A DNA stretch of 61,277 nt, the filler included. It is 10 parts of 10 records of this genome, joined end to end, with 100 filler letters (N's around TTAATTAATTAA, not from the genome) between each part and the next. Parts side by side here need not be neighbours in the genome. Positions count along the whole stretch, not along the records: positions 20,300 to 25,303 come from SRR7504441_5980; positions 25,404 to 28,980 come from SRR7504441_5985; positions 29,081 to 35,745 come from SRR7504441_5990; 7 more parts are not named here. One strand, given 5' to 3'. The notes beneath the pieces are model-generated. The model made no database searches. It was not told where the DNA came from and saw nothing but the letters and a program-made list of their open reading frames with translations. Positions within the stretch are counted from its first letter, which is position 1; every line of letters begins with the position of its first letter. Shown here one piece after another: positions 21,050-30,857 of this stretch. Position numbers and translations under genes: made by a program.

Positions 21050-21557
21050 ATGGCTGCGGTGGGGGTGGACGACTTTCGGCCGGAGCACCCGCCAAACCTG
21101 GTGGTGCCCGCCCCGTCCGAGCGGTACAGGCGAGCAGCCAGCGCCCGCTCCCGAAGCTGACGCCGGCACAGGCACGCCGCGGACCCCAAGCGCGAGATTC
21201 TTAATCAGATCCGGATGAGCTGCCTGCAGGCCGGCGGCAGGCGCCCCGCCCTGCCCGGCGGCCGGCCGAGCGGGGGGCAGTCCGAGCACGCTGTGGCGCC
21301 GGTCGATCTCGCGGGACCCCCGGCTGCGGCTGTCTTACGCCGAGTTCTGCGCCAAGGCGGCGGGCGGGAGGGGCCGGCCGAGCTGGCGGGCAGGTGAAGA
21401 ATATAGGAAGCGGGATCCAGCTAGAGCCATGTGGCCGGACCGGCCGGGCGGGGCTGACCGTTGGGCAGGCGACGTGGCGGTGGTGGCGCAGTGGCTTGAG
21501 CCGGCCGGAGAGGGGGTGGTCACGTTTGAGCTATTTGTGAAGATTGTGGACAGCTAG
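21050..21557 (+). CDS. Small degenerate EF-hand-pair protein, 4 introns (not seen as one ORF)
   Basis: Spliced: MAAVGVDDFRPEHPPNLVVPAPSERYRHAADPKREILNQIRMSCLQAGGSPSTLWRRSISRDPRLRLSYAEFCAKVKNIGSGIQLEPCDVAVVAQWLEPAGEGVVTFELFVKIVDS*. Introns: 21130(or 21124)-21171, 21241-21280 (GC-AG), 21357-21393 (GC-AG), 21431-21468. Confidence 0.65.
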
Positions 21558-21856
21558 GCCTCGGCCAGTCGAGCCGCGCGGGCCTGGCTAGTTGAGCCGG
21601 TCGCCCGATGTGAAGCGGGCTCGGACCACTCATGTGAATAACACTCGTGTGGCCATATCGATTCAAATTGTGCATACGAGTACGAGTACGAGTACAACGA
21701 TTACACCCATTAATTAATCCCCGCATAGACAATCAGTATTTAAGTGTCATATCCAGCTGTGTAAACTAGTTCCGGGCCGATCATGAGCTCGAACCCAGCT
21801 CCGGCCTCTCGGATCCCGCCCTCGCCCCGCGCATCGCCCCGACTCCGCCCGCGGGC

Positions 21857-22325
21857 TCAGCCGAGCGTGATCGAGCTCTGCCCCCCACTCGGCCCGAGCC
21901 CGGCCCCGGCTCGCCTGCAGGTGGCTCGCCCGCTGCGGCACCGCGGCCTCGGTCTCCTGGGCCGGGGCCGGAGCTGGGCCTCTCAGTCAGGGGCCTCGGC
22001 CGGCCGCCCACCTGAGCGCGGAGGCGCCGAGCTGCAGTCGTCGCCAAAGTGGATGCCCTCGTGCTTTCGGACCACACCTGCCGCCCGGGCTCCCCCTCCG
22101 CCCGCCCAGCGCGGCCCACCGGCCGCTACGCTGTCCTCGGCGACCGGAGCTGGCGCGATCTGCCGGAAGGTGGGCGGGTGGCGGGCCGGGGGGCACCGGG
22201 GCCGGGGAGTCGACGCCGCCGTCTTCAAAGGCCCAGCTGGCCACGAGGTTGGTCTGCTTGGCAAGCCCGGCCTGCCCCCCGCTTAAGCCCCGAGTTGAGC
22301 TCGCCCGCCCCACTCGTGCTGACAT
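21857..22325 (-). CDS. Small low-complexity protein ending SSITLG (Jupiter/HN1/SPIRAL1-like motif), up to 5 introns
   Basis: Spliced: MSARAGLAKQTNLVASWAFEDGGVDSPAPIAPAPVAEDSVAAGVVRKHEGIHFGDDCSSAPPRSAPAPAQETEAAVPQRASHLQSSITLG*. Introns are 42, 37, 42, 38 and 37 nt; the last is GC-AG and the two 42-nt ones are in frame, so optional. Confidence 0.55.
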
Positions 22326-22332
22326 GCGTGTT

Positions 22333-22364
22333 GAAATCAGAGGTGGCAGAAATCAGAGGTGGCA
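22333..22364 (+). repeat. Perfect 16-nt tandem duplication in a bidirectional promoter
   Basis: GAAATCAGAGGTGGCA x2, lying between ATGs at 22325 (-) and 22439 (+). Confidence 0.9.
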
Positions 22365-22438
22365 TTCCGTTGTCGGCAACGGCAAGCACTTCATCGCCAA
22401 GCACCGGCCAACCGCCCTGCGCGCTCCCCGACCCCGCG

Positions 22439-23246
22439 ATGAATTCCCAAGAGGCCCGGACCCAGATCGAGCACATGAAGCAGTTCATTCTGCACGAAGC
22501 AGAGGAGCAGGTCCCCCACCCCCCTCCCCCGGCCGAGGCCCCCGGCAGCGCAAGGAGATCGAGAATAAGGCCAAGGAGGAGTGCCAACTCGAGCTCCAGC
22601 GGATTGTAGGCCGGGAGCGGCAGAAGCTCAACGACCAATACGATAAGTTGAAGGACCTGGTCAAAGTCCAAGCCAAGATGTAAGCCCGCCCCGGGATCGG
22701 GCCCTGAGCTTGGGTCTAGCGAGGACTCCAAGATCAGCAACACCCAAAAGCTTCGCGTCCTCGAGGCCAAGAACAGCTTGGTCCAAGCCGCCTTCCAAGC
22801 GGCAAGCGAGGCGCTCCGCAGCAAAGCGGGCGACCAGGCCATGATTCAAGGCCTGATCAGACAGGTGCGGCCGCCGAGGGGGCAACCTGAGCCAGGTCCA
22901 GGGGGTCCTGTCCTTCGCTTCGGGCACTCAGATCAAGGTCAAGTGCCGCAAGCAAGACCAGGCGGCGGTGTCGGCTGCCTGTTCAGCCGTGGGTGGGAGT
23001 GTCTCGATGGATTCTCAGTTCATTGAAAAGTCTATGGCGTGCAACCTCACATCTGAGTGGTGACTGCCCTGCTGAGGGACAGCGTAATTGGGGGACAGCC
23101 TGGGGGGCGTGATCCTAACCAACCAAGCTGGCTCGGTGATCGTGGACCAGACATTTAACGCGCGCCTCAACGTGTGCATGGAGCGCGCCGTGCCAATAGT
23201 GAAGCCTATACTGTTCAATGAGGGTGGGTCCAAGCACTTGAAATAA
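22439..23246 (+). CDS. ATP6V1E: V-type proton ATPase subunit E, 4 introns
   Basis: MNSQEARTQIEHMKQFILHEAEEQ|RKEIENKAKEEC...QAKI|EDSKISNTQKLRVLEAK...LIRQ|GVL...IKVKCRKQD...SEC|LGGVILTNQAGSVIVDQTFNARL...KPILF. Introns: 22511-22548, 22680-22719, 22865-22901, 23060-23098 (37-40 nt, all GT-AG). Confidence 0.92.
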
Positions 23247-23635
23247 CCTCGATGACACAATCAAAAGAGACACTTGGAGTGTGGAAGTCTCACCCGTATC
23301 AATCCCATTTTCATTAAATCCTAATTGAACTAGCAGGAAAGTGCAAAAGCATCGACGAGTGTGAACTACGTACATGTACGTAATCGTGCGAGTGCGAGAT
23401 CTCGTGCACCATTACTACGATTGATCAGACACGTACATTAAGTTCTAATCAGCCTCTGTTTCACCGGTTGCGTTATTGTAACAAACCGTGAATCGGTCTT
23501 CTACTGCGTTTGACCTTTATATCGACCAGGCTTTATGTCACACGTGTTGAACAACGTACAAGTAATTGCGCTTAGCACACTCAATCTGAGCACAATGTCA
23601 TGTACGAGTTCGTACTGACAAATCTTGAACATTAA

Positions 23636-25037
23636 TCAGCAATCGTCCTTCTTCTTGCTGTGCTTGTAGATGTCTTTGATTTCAAAATGGAGCCAAAACA
23701 TAGTGACGAGCTGCGGGTTCTCGACTAGCCCGCAAAACTCCTCAAATATCAGCTCGCCATCATTATCAGCATCCAAGACCTCAAACATTAGGTTGATGCA
23801 CGCAATGATCTTCTGTGAGGATGACCTCAAGTTCCACGCAAAGGAACTGTTATTCTGATTGAGCCCCTGGAAAAGATCCATTCGCGAAATCGAGTTGTCT
23901 TCGTTGTAATCGTATAACCGGAAGTAGAGCTTCAACTGGTCTTCTGTTGGAGGCTCGTTATCATTATCAAACCCCATCCCACGACCAGAGAACATCACCG
24001 AGAATCCTTGCATCCAGTCAGCAAATGAGAGTGTCCCAGAGCTCGGCGCCAACTCCTGCGTGAAACTATAGAAGACCCGATCAATCGTCGAGACTCGTCC
24101 ACCACAGATATTATGTTCTACGGCTATTGTTCTAAAATGTCTCAGTGGGATGCGTGCGAGAGGATGATTGACCATGTCACTCACATTCACCCCACTCTGC
24201 TGTGACATCTTCAGCAATACCTTGATCAGCATGTGCTGCGAGAAAGGGGTTTTGAGGGCCACTCTGCACATGTCTTTCATGTAGGTCGGCTTGTGGCGCT
24301 CCATGCGATGGCTTGGCCCTGCTCTGCCGGATGCTTTCTCCGGACATCTCCAAACACAGTGCATCCAATCCGTGGTGATCAGCCGCTCTGCCTGCGGCTG
24401 TGCGGGCAGCTTCGATGCTCTTATCCAGCTGCTTAGCCCTACCGAGGCCACGCAGGCACCATGCGATCTGAATATGGGCAATCGCCACAACAGCGCCCGT
24501 GTCCAATTTCTCGCCGGGCAACAAGGGCTCCTGGAACATGATCAACAGTCGCTGGGCCTCCGGCAGCGCTGCCAGCCACTTGTCTTGAGAGGCTAGCCGG
24601 ACATACTGCTGCATCACCGGCACTCCTGGGTGGTCCTCCCGCCTGACCACCTCAGCGGACGCCAGAAGCCGCCGAAGCCGGTAAGACAGCCCGTGGATGT
24701 TGCGGCCCAGACTGGCGTGGGCTTGCTCCAGGCTGCTAAACACGCGCTCTCGGATGGCCAGCGCGTCCGGGTGGTAGCAGCGGGGGCTGGTCCCCGCCAG
24801 CAGCTGCTCGGCCCGCTCGAGTAGCGTCATGACCAGCTTGGACTCGCGGGCGGTGCTCAGGTACTCGAGCCCTATCTCGATGCAGCAGCTGGCCATCTTC
24901 CGTTTGCACTCCCAGACAGGCTCGCAGCCCGGCCCGAGCCCGGCCAGACTGGCCAGCTGCGCCTCAAACAGCCCGAGCATGTCCACGCTCTTGCGCATCT
25001 CCTCCGAGCCCGGGGCGGCCTCCGAGCCCGACGCCAT
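23636..25037 (-). CDS. Helical (TPR-like) N-terminus + neuronal calcium sensor/calaxin-like EF-hand domain
   Basis: C-terminal IDRVFYSF...LSFADWMQGFSVMF...QLKLYFRLYDYNEDNSISRMD...FEVLDADNDGELIFEEF. The frame change near 24320-24400 needs an intron whose exact boundaries are unresolved. Confidence 0.6.
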
Positions 25038-25875
25038 CCCAGACAAGATTAGACCAACTGACGGACTCGCTGGCGGCCTCAAGCGCTGGCTCAGCCTGGT
25101 TGCGGAGGGGGCTGCCGCCTAGCTGGAGAAGGTGCGGGAGATCGTCGATGACCTGCCGTCCCTCGAGGAGTTCAGGAAGCTCGTGGCAAACGAGCCGGCG
25201 GAGGTGCTCAGGATGCTCCGAACCGAACTTACCGATTCACTGACAGCGGAGCACAGCCATCTGCCCCGGTTTAGTCTTGTCGGTCAGGCTCCCGCGCCAG
25301 TGANNNNNNNNNNNNNNNNNNNNNNNNNNNNNNNNNNNNNNNNNNNNTTAATTAATTAANNNNNNNNNNNNNNNNNNNNNNNNNNNNNNNNNNNNNNNNN
25401 NNNGGACCAACTGCATTTAATGCAGAAGTTGTCGAGCGCGCAGAAGTGTCTGGGAGCCATGCTACCGTCGAAGAGTTGCGTGCACTTCCAAAGCAATAAT
25501 GTGCATGCCCTCGATGCCCTTTGCCACATGCATGAAATCTTGTCACTTGTGCTTTTAGAAAAGCTACGTGTACGGGCTGCATGCATGCATCGTTATTACA
25601 AAGTTGAATGATTACGTAACATTATACGAGTATCCGTTATATCGTTCAAAAGATAACGCTATTGACCGAGCGTTGCGATGTCATTGCCGTTTTCCGCTTC
25701 GCGAATTCATGAGTGAGCTAATCAAAACAAAGGCCGTCGTCAATAACTCATCTTCTAGCCTCACTCAAGTCATGTATTCTAACTAAAGTCATGATTGTGT
25801 AGAGTACCGGTACATGATTGTACAAGTACATGTAACTAGAGTTAGGAATCCATCATGATGGGGATCTCGGGAAGC

Positions 25876-27048
25876 TCACTCGGGCCCCTTGAGCAGTTTG
25901 ATCCCCGCCTGAATGGCCCCATCGCTGAGCCGCCACTGCTCGGCCGGGCCGTTCAGGTAAGACCCGTGCCACACATGAGCCAGAGTTAAAAGCCGCTCCG
26001 CAGGGCAGCTGGCCTGCTCGATGATCCGAAAGCACACCTGCGGCCCCAGCTCCAGCAGCCGGCGGTTCCGGGCTCCACCGGTTGGTTGTGGACTAGTTCG
26101 TGCAGCGCAGCTTCGTCGCGGACCCGGCTGGCTGCCTGGATCCAGCGTCCCCTGCACCGCCGTTTGCACCGTGTGTCGTCTAGCTCTACTCACATGGCCG
26201 CAGACCGGCGCTCGCCAGCCGGCACGTCGCTCACTAGACCGGCGAGGGTTGCCTGGACGCCCCGGCCAGCAGAGGGCTCGTGCTCCGGTCGCTCCGGTTT
26301 GGCTCCTGATTGTCTGGACATCAGCTCGCGAATGGCTGCCCCCACCCAGCTCGGGAACGAACACAGGCCACTCGGCACCGGCATATCCAGACACATCCCC
26401 CGCCTCGGCGGCCGCGGCCAGCCCCCACGCTCTGGCTCGCTGCCCCGTGTTCGAGCGGCCCGGCCGGCCGTCGTGCCGTCCGTTCTGCCGAGCTCCACTT
26501 GTAGTCGGGCCGCGGGTCCACGAGCATCTCGAGCATCTGCACTCGGCTCGCCCCGGCCCTCCTGCCCGGCCCACCGTCGGCCGCATCCGCTCGTACTCGG
26601 GCCGGTCCGCGCACCGCCAGAGCTGGCACCACCCGGCGACCGACCAGTCGCGCTCCAGTCGCTCGTCGGCCTCCAGCACCGTCCGCAGCCGCTCCGCTGC
26701 GTCGCCCGGCTGCCCAGCCACGCTGTCGGCCACCGCTACGGGCCCGAGCGCTTCTGGTCGGTCATCGAGCGCCGCCGCCCGGAGTGGGCCGTACTCGAGC
26801 AACCCGTCCCAGTTGCCGGGGCCGATCAGCGCCGCAGCCAGCACCGCGTCCGCCGCCCCGCCCGGAGCCGCCAGCGCGGAGGCCACGGCCTGGGCCAGAG
26901 CGGCCGGCGCCTTGCTGCCAAACGCTCCCGCCGGCAGGTGCCGCAGCATCTCTCTCCAAGCGTGGCCTTCGACGATTGCCTGTTGACCTCGCGCTGTCTG
27001 TCCGAATGAATGACGGACCCTGCAGCTGTGCGTCGGTTGCGGTTTCAT
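25876..27048 (-). CDS. Hypothetical protein, probably several short introns
   Basis: Protein-like segments switch frames at GT..AG-bounded GC-rich stretches; no recognisable family; start and stop uncertain. Confidence 0.4.
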   Translation of the reverse strand: MKPQPTHSCRVRHSFGQTARGQQAIVEGHAWREMLRHLPAGAFGSKAPAALAQAVASALAAPGGAADAVLAAALIGPGNWDGLLEYGPLRAAALDDRPEALGPVAVADSVAGQPGDAAERLRTVLEADERLERDWSVAGWCQLWRCADRPEYERMRPTVGRAGGPGRAECRCSRCSWTRGPTTSGARQNGRHDGRPGRSNTGQRARAWGLAAAAEAGDVSGYAGAEWPVFVPELGGGSHSRADVQTIRSQTGATGARALCWPGRPGNPRRSSERRAGWRAPVCGHVSRARRHTVQTAVQGTLDPGSQPGPRRSCAARTSPQPTGGARNRRLLELGPQVCFRIIEQASCPAERLLTLAHVWHGSYLNGPAEQWRLSDGAIQAGIKLLKGPE

Positions 27049-27128
27049 TCATTTGTGTATTGATGGATTTGACATGCATGCAAGCGCTACATAGGCGTGG
27101 TGCCTGCACTTCTCGGTGAGGCCCGGGG

Positions 27129-28980
27129 ATGCAGCCTGGGTCGGACCCGGGGACGCTCGAGCTGCGGACTTTGCTCGCGGCGGCCGGGCGGCAGCGGGTG
27201 CTGACGGAATTCCGGCGGCTGCAGCGAGTGCTGGGCCGAGCCGCCGCCCACCGGATCCGACTGCTGGTCGCCAGCTGGCGCCAGGGCACTGCCAGGGCCC
27301 GGGCGGATGATGCCAGGGTGGCTGCCGAGCTGGCGGCTCGGGCCGCAAGCGGGCAGGCGGCTCGATCCAGGGCGGAGGCCAGGGCGGCGAGATGGCGGCT
27401 CGCGCAAGTCCATGGGGGCGCCGAAGAGCAGGAGGCCGGGAGGGCCAGGCAGGAGGCGCAGGAGGCGGCCGATGCGGCGATGTCCGGGGCGGAGAGCTCG
27501 GCGGTCCAAGCGGTGGGCGACGTCCAGGGGGTCAGGCGGGCCGCGGAGACGGAGGCCACTGGCGAGCCGGAACTGGAGCGACAGCTGGCGGCGGTGAGGT
27601 CGGCGGCCGCGCTGCTCGCACTGGAGTCGTCCGCCGCCAGAGCGGATGCCAAACAGGCCAGGCAGGAGGCCGCTTGGCAGAGAGGCGAGGTGGCCGATAG
27701 CTCAGAAAGCGGAGCTGCAGGGAGGGCCCCAGCGGCCGTGCTGCAGGAGGAGGTTGTTCTACTGCTCGATCAGCTGCAGGAGCAGGAAGGGCAGCACCAG
27801 CGGGCCAGCAGGCGGGCCGGACTCAAGCTGCTGATGTACGTGACCGCGCGCTGGGCCCGGAGTCAAGCCGTGGGCTGCCTAACCCGCTGGAGACTCCAGA
27901 CCGCCGGGCGGCAGGCGGTGGTTCAGGGGGAATCAGCGAGCCCCGGTGCTCGGCTGGCTGTGCAGCAGGGCTCTGAAGGCCCGCTCTCGATCTCGGTATT
28001 CTCCACAGCAGTAGAAGAGTCACTGGCCAAGGCTGTCCGATCTGCCACCACACAGCTGCGAGCCCACTCTGGAAGTCCGAGTGTCAAGTCCGTTGCAATA
28101 GAGGCAGTGAGCACGTTCAAGTCAGAGGCTGCAGCAGTGATCGAAGATGTGAGGCTCGCCGCGGCTGTAGAAGTCGCAGAGGCCAGGGCGGAGACTGCAG
28201 CAGCTCTGTCTGAGATGGAGGGCAAGTTGGCCGACGCGGAGCTCGAGAAGGCAGACCTTCGAGCGAGATACTTCGCAGCCAGGATGGCAGCTGCGGACGC
28301 TGAGGACGGTGTAGCACAGGCGCACGGCAGCAGCACGCGCAGGAAGAAGAGTCTGCGCCAGGCCGAGGAGGAGCTAGCCTGGACCCAGAATCGGTCGCCT
28401 GGCGGCTCGGGGGCTGGGCTGAATATCTGGGCAGGTGCGAGGCCTGGCAGCGAGGGGCCGAAGAGCTCGGAGACGAGCTGAGTGCTTTGACTGACGAGCT
28501 TGAAACGAGCAGGCAGCAGGCGAGCACTCAGGTGTGAGACCCCTGGCAGCTGCCGATCTGACCCCTGGCTCAGGCGCGTATCCAATTTGATTGTGAGAGG
28601 CGGCTCGGCCATCTGGAAGTGGACAGCGAGCGCGGAAGAGATAAGCAGGATCGTGTGATTGCCCGACTGCAGCAGAGCGTCAAGCATGCCTGGGTCTACA
28701 CGCTGTGCGCTAACACCCGGCGGCGGGTGGGCCAGGCTGTGCTGCACTGGCGGTGCGGCGCGCTGCAGACGTTGCGGCGGGTCTCAGAGTTCAGCTTGGA
28801 GCGGAACCTCAGAACGTTGCAGGGCAGAGCAATCACAGGAGCCGACAGAGTAGTGGAGCTGGAGAGAGAGAGAGATGACGCGCTCAGCCGCTGCTCGGCT
28901 GCTGAGAAGGCCATTGCAGACGCGTCGGAGGCGCTGGAAGGGTGCGATTCGGTGGCGAATCCCATCGTTGCGGCCGAGAC
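27129..28980 (+). CDS. Coiled-coil protein with Trp-ending helical motifs (3'-truncated)
   Basis: The 450-aa ORF continues through GT-AG introns near 28395-28434 and 28532-28573 into the 28619 ORF up to the contig edge. Confidence 0.6.
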
Positions 28981-29210
28981 NNNNNNNNNNNNNNNNNNNN
29001 NNNNNNNNNNNNNNNNNNNNNNNNTTAATTAATTAANNNNNNNNNNNNNNNNNNNNNNNNNNNNNNNNNNNNNNNNNNNNCAAACACGAGGTCGAATCAA
29101 AATTTCTTTTTAATTCTACCAGCGAGACAGCCTTCCTATGCCATCGGATAAGAACATTTATGAATGGTAGAATAAGTACTGATGAGCTCGCGGGCGGACA
29201 TTGTCCGACT

Positions 29211-30796
29211 CTATTTCGACAAGTCCAGGCTCGCAGTTGGCGACTCCAGCAGCGTCGACAACGGTTTGGGCAACGGCAGCTCAACCAGCCCACTAGCCAC
29301 CAGCTGCTTGACCCCATCCAGCACGTTTGGCCCCTCCAGCCGGACCCTCATCGGGAACTGGCCGACCCCGAGGTCCGGCCCGCCTTCGAACCGCCCGGCC
29401 ACCTGCCGGCCGGATTAATTAATTTATTAAGATTAATTCGCAAACTCACCTTGAACTCGACCCGCTGAAGCGCTGCAGGCAGCTCATCCGGGCCACACAG
29501 CAGGTCGGCTTGCTCGCTGCACCCAACAATAACAACAACAACAACAATAGACACTAGCACCGGCGCGCGCCCTGGGCCGCAGCCTCCTCGCTCGTCACAC
29601 CCTTCTTACTCGCGCCCGTGCCCGCGAGCCGCTTCTTTCGCTTCTGCCCAGGCTGCTCCTTGACCAATGGGTTGTCTCCGCTGCCTGCCCGGACATCGCC
29701 GCCCACCGGCCGGCCGCCCACCGGCCCGAGCCGAGAGCGCCCCGGCCCGCCACTTGCCAGACGGCCCGAGTAGAACACTGGTGAGGGCGCCTGCCAATCC
29801 GCTCGCTCTGGCTCAGCTCTCGGTGGCGGCACCGAGATCGCGCCCAGACAGATCCTCGGGCTGAATCTGGGCGCAGCCAAACAAGTTCCGGAGCGCGTTG
29901 AGCAGGTAGCTGCCGCCGGGCTCAGAGGGTGGGGGGTGGGGGGAGGACGTGCGCCATGTGTGTGAGGTCTGCGAGTGAAGAATGTAGTCACTCCGAGGAT
30001 GGTAGACCACAAACAAATTCTGGCCGGCGGTAACCTACCAAAAGCCGCTGTCGGCCCACCTGCGGCTTCTTTGACTGCCAGCCTTCGGCTACCACCCCTG
30101 CGCGCCCGCTCAGCCGGCAGCCGGGCCCGGCTGGTTCACCGATGCGGATCCAGGTGACACCGGCCACGTTGCGGACTGTCGTGTGCTGCGCCCACAAGCT
30201 CAGCCGGCAGCCGGCCAGGCCGTGTCCACTTGCTCGAAATACAGTGAAAGCTCCTGCGACACACAACGGGTTCGACACACCCCAGCGCACCCAGCACCTG
30301 AGACAGCCCCGACTCCAACGCCTCCGGTCGTACCGCCTGCCGGCCCTGTCGGCCGGGGTGAGCCGCCCGCCCCGGCGCCCCGCCGATGCCTGCCCGCGCA
30401 GGCTGCACACGTGCCAGGTCTTGCTCTCGGGCCTGCTGACGGCGAGCAAAAGCTCCAGCTCGCCCCACTGCCGGTGGCTGAGCCCTGCCCCTTCCCGCTC
30501 GGGCCCGCCCGGCCAGCGGGGCCGTGCCGTTGCTCAGCGGCCCGGCCAGCAGCCCCCGGACGATTCGCGTCTTCCCGGCCTGGCTGTCCACCGGCATCCG
30601 CCACCTGCCCCGACCCTCCCCGCCGGTTCGAAGATGCCAGACCGGCCGCAGAGCTTTACGAGCTCCGGCTCGGGCAGCTTGGACAGCAGCCCCCGGATCT
30701 GCTCCCCCCCCCCGGGCTCCACCCCGGCTCCGAGCCGGGAAAGCTCGCCTGTGCCGGCTCGGCCAGCCCGAGAGCCTCGGGCCGCAGCGCGTCCAT
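29211..30796 (-). CDS. CENPN: CENP-N/Chl4/Mis15-like inner kinetochore protein, multiple short introns
   Basis: Exon fragments in the expected order: ELELLLAVSRPESKTWHVCSL; FVVYHPRSDYILHS; YLLNALRNLFGCAQIQPEDLSGRDL; PAALQRVEFK; FPMRVRLEGPNVLDGVKQLVASGLVELPLPKPLSTL. These match the CENP-N layout. Introns include 29403-29449 and 29517-29560. Confidence 0.68.
29525..29548 (+). repeat. (AAC)n microsatellite filling a 44-nt intron
   Basis: AACAATAACAACAACAACAACAAT inside intron 29517-29560. Confidence 0.8.
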
Positions 30797-30857
30797 GCTT
30801 CAGATATTGTATTGTAAATGAAACAACGGACATCTTTTATTTTAGCACCGGGGCGAG

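Noticed and set aside
25132-25303. Short plus-strand ORF at contig end (REIVDDLPSLEEFRKL...)
   Set aside because: It looks protein-like but has no ATG, is truncated and shows no recognisable motif.
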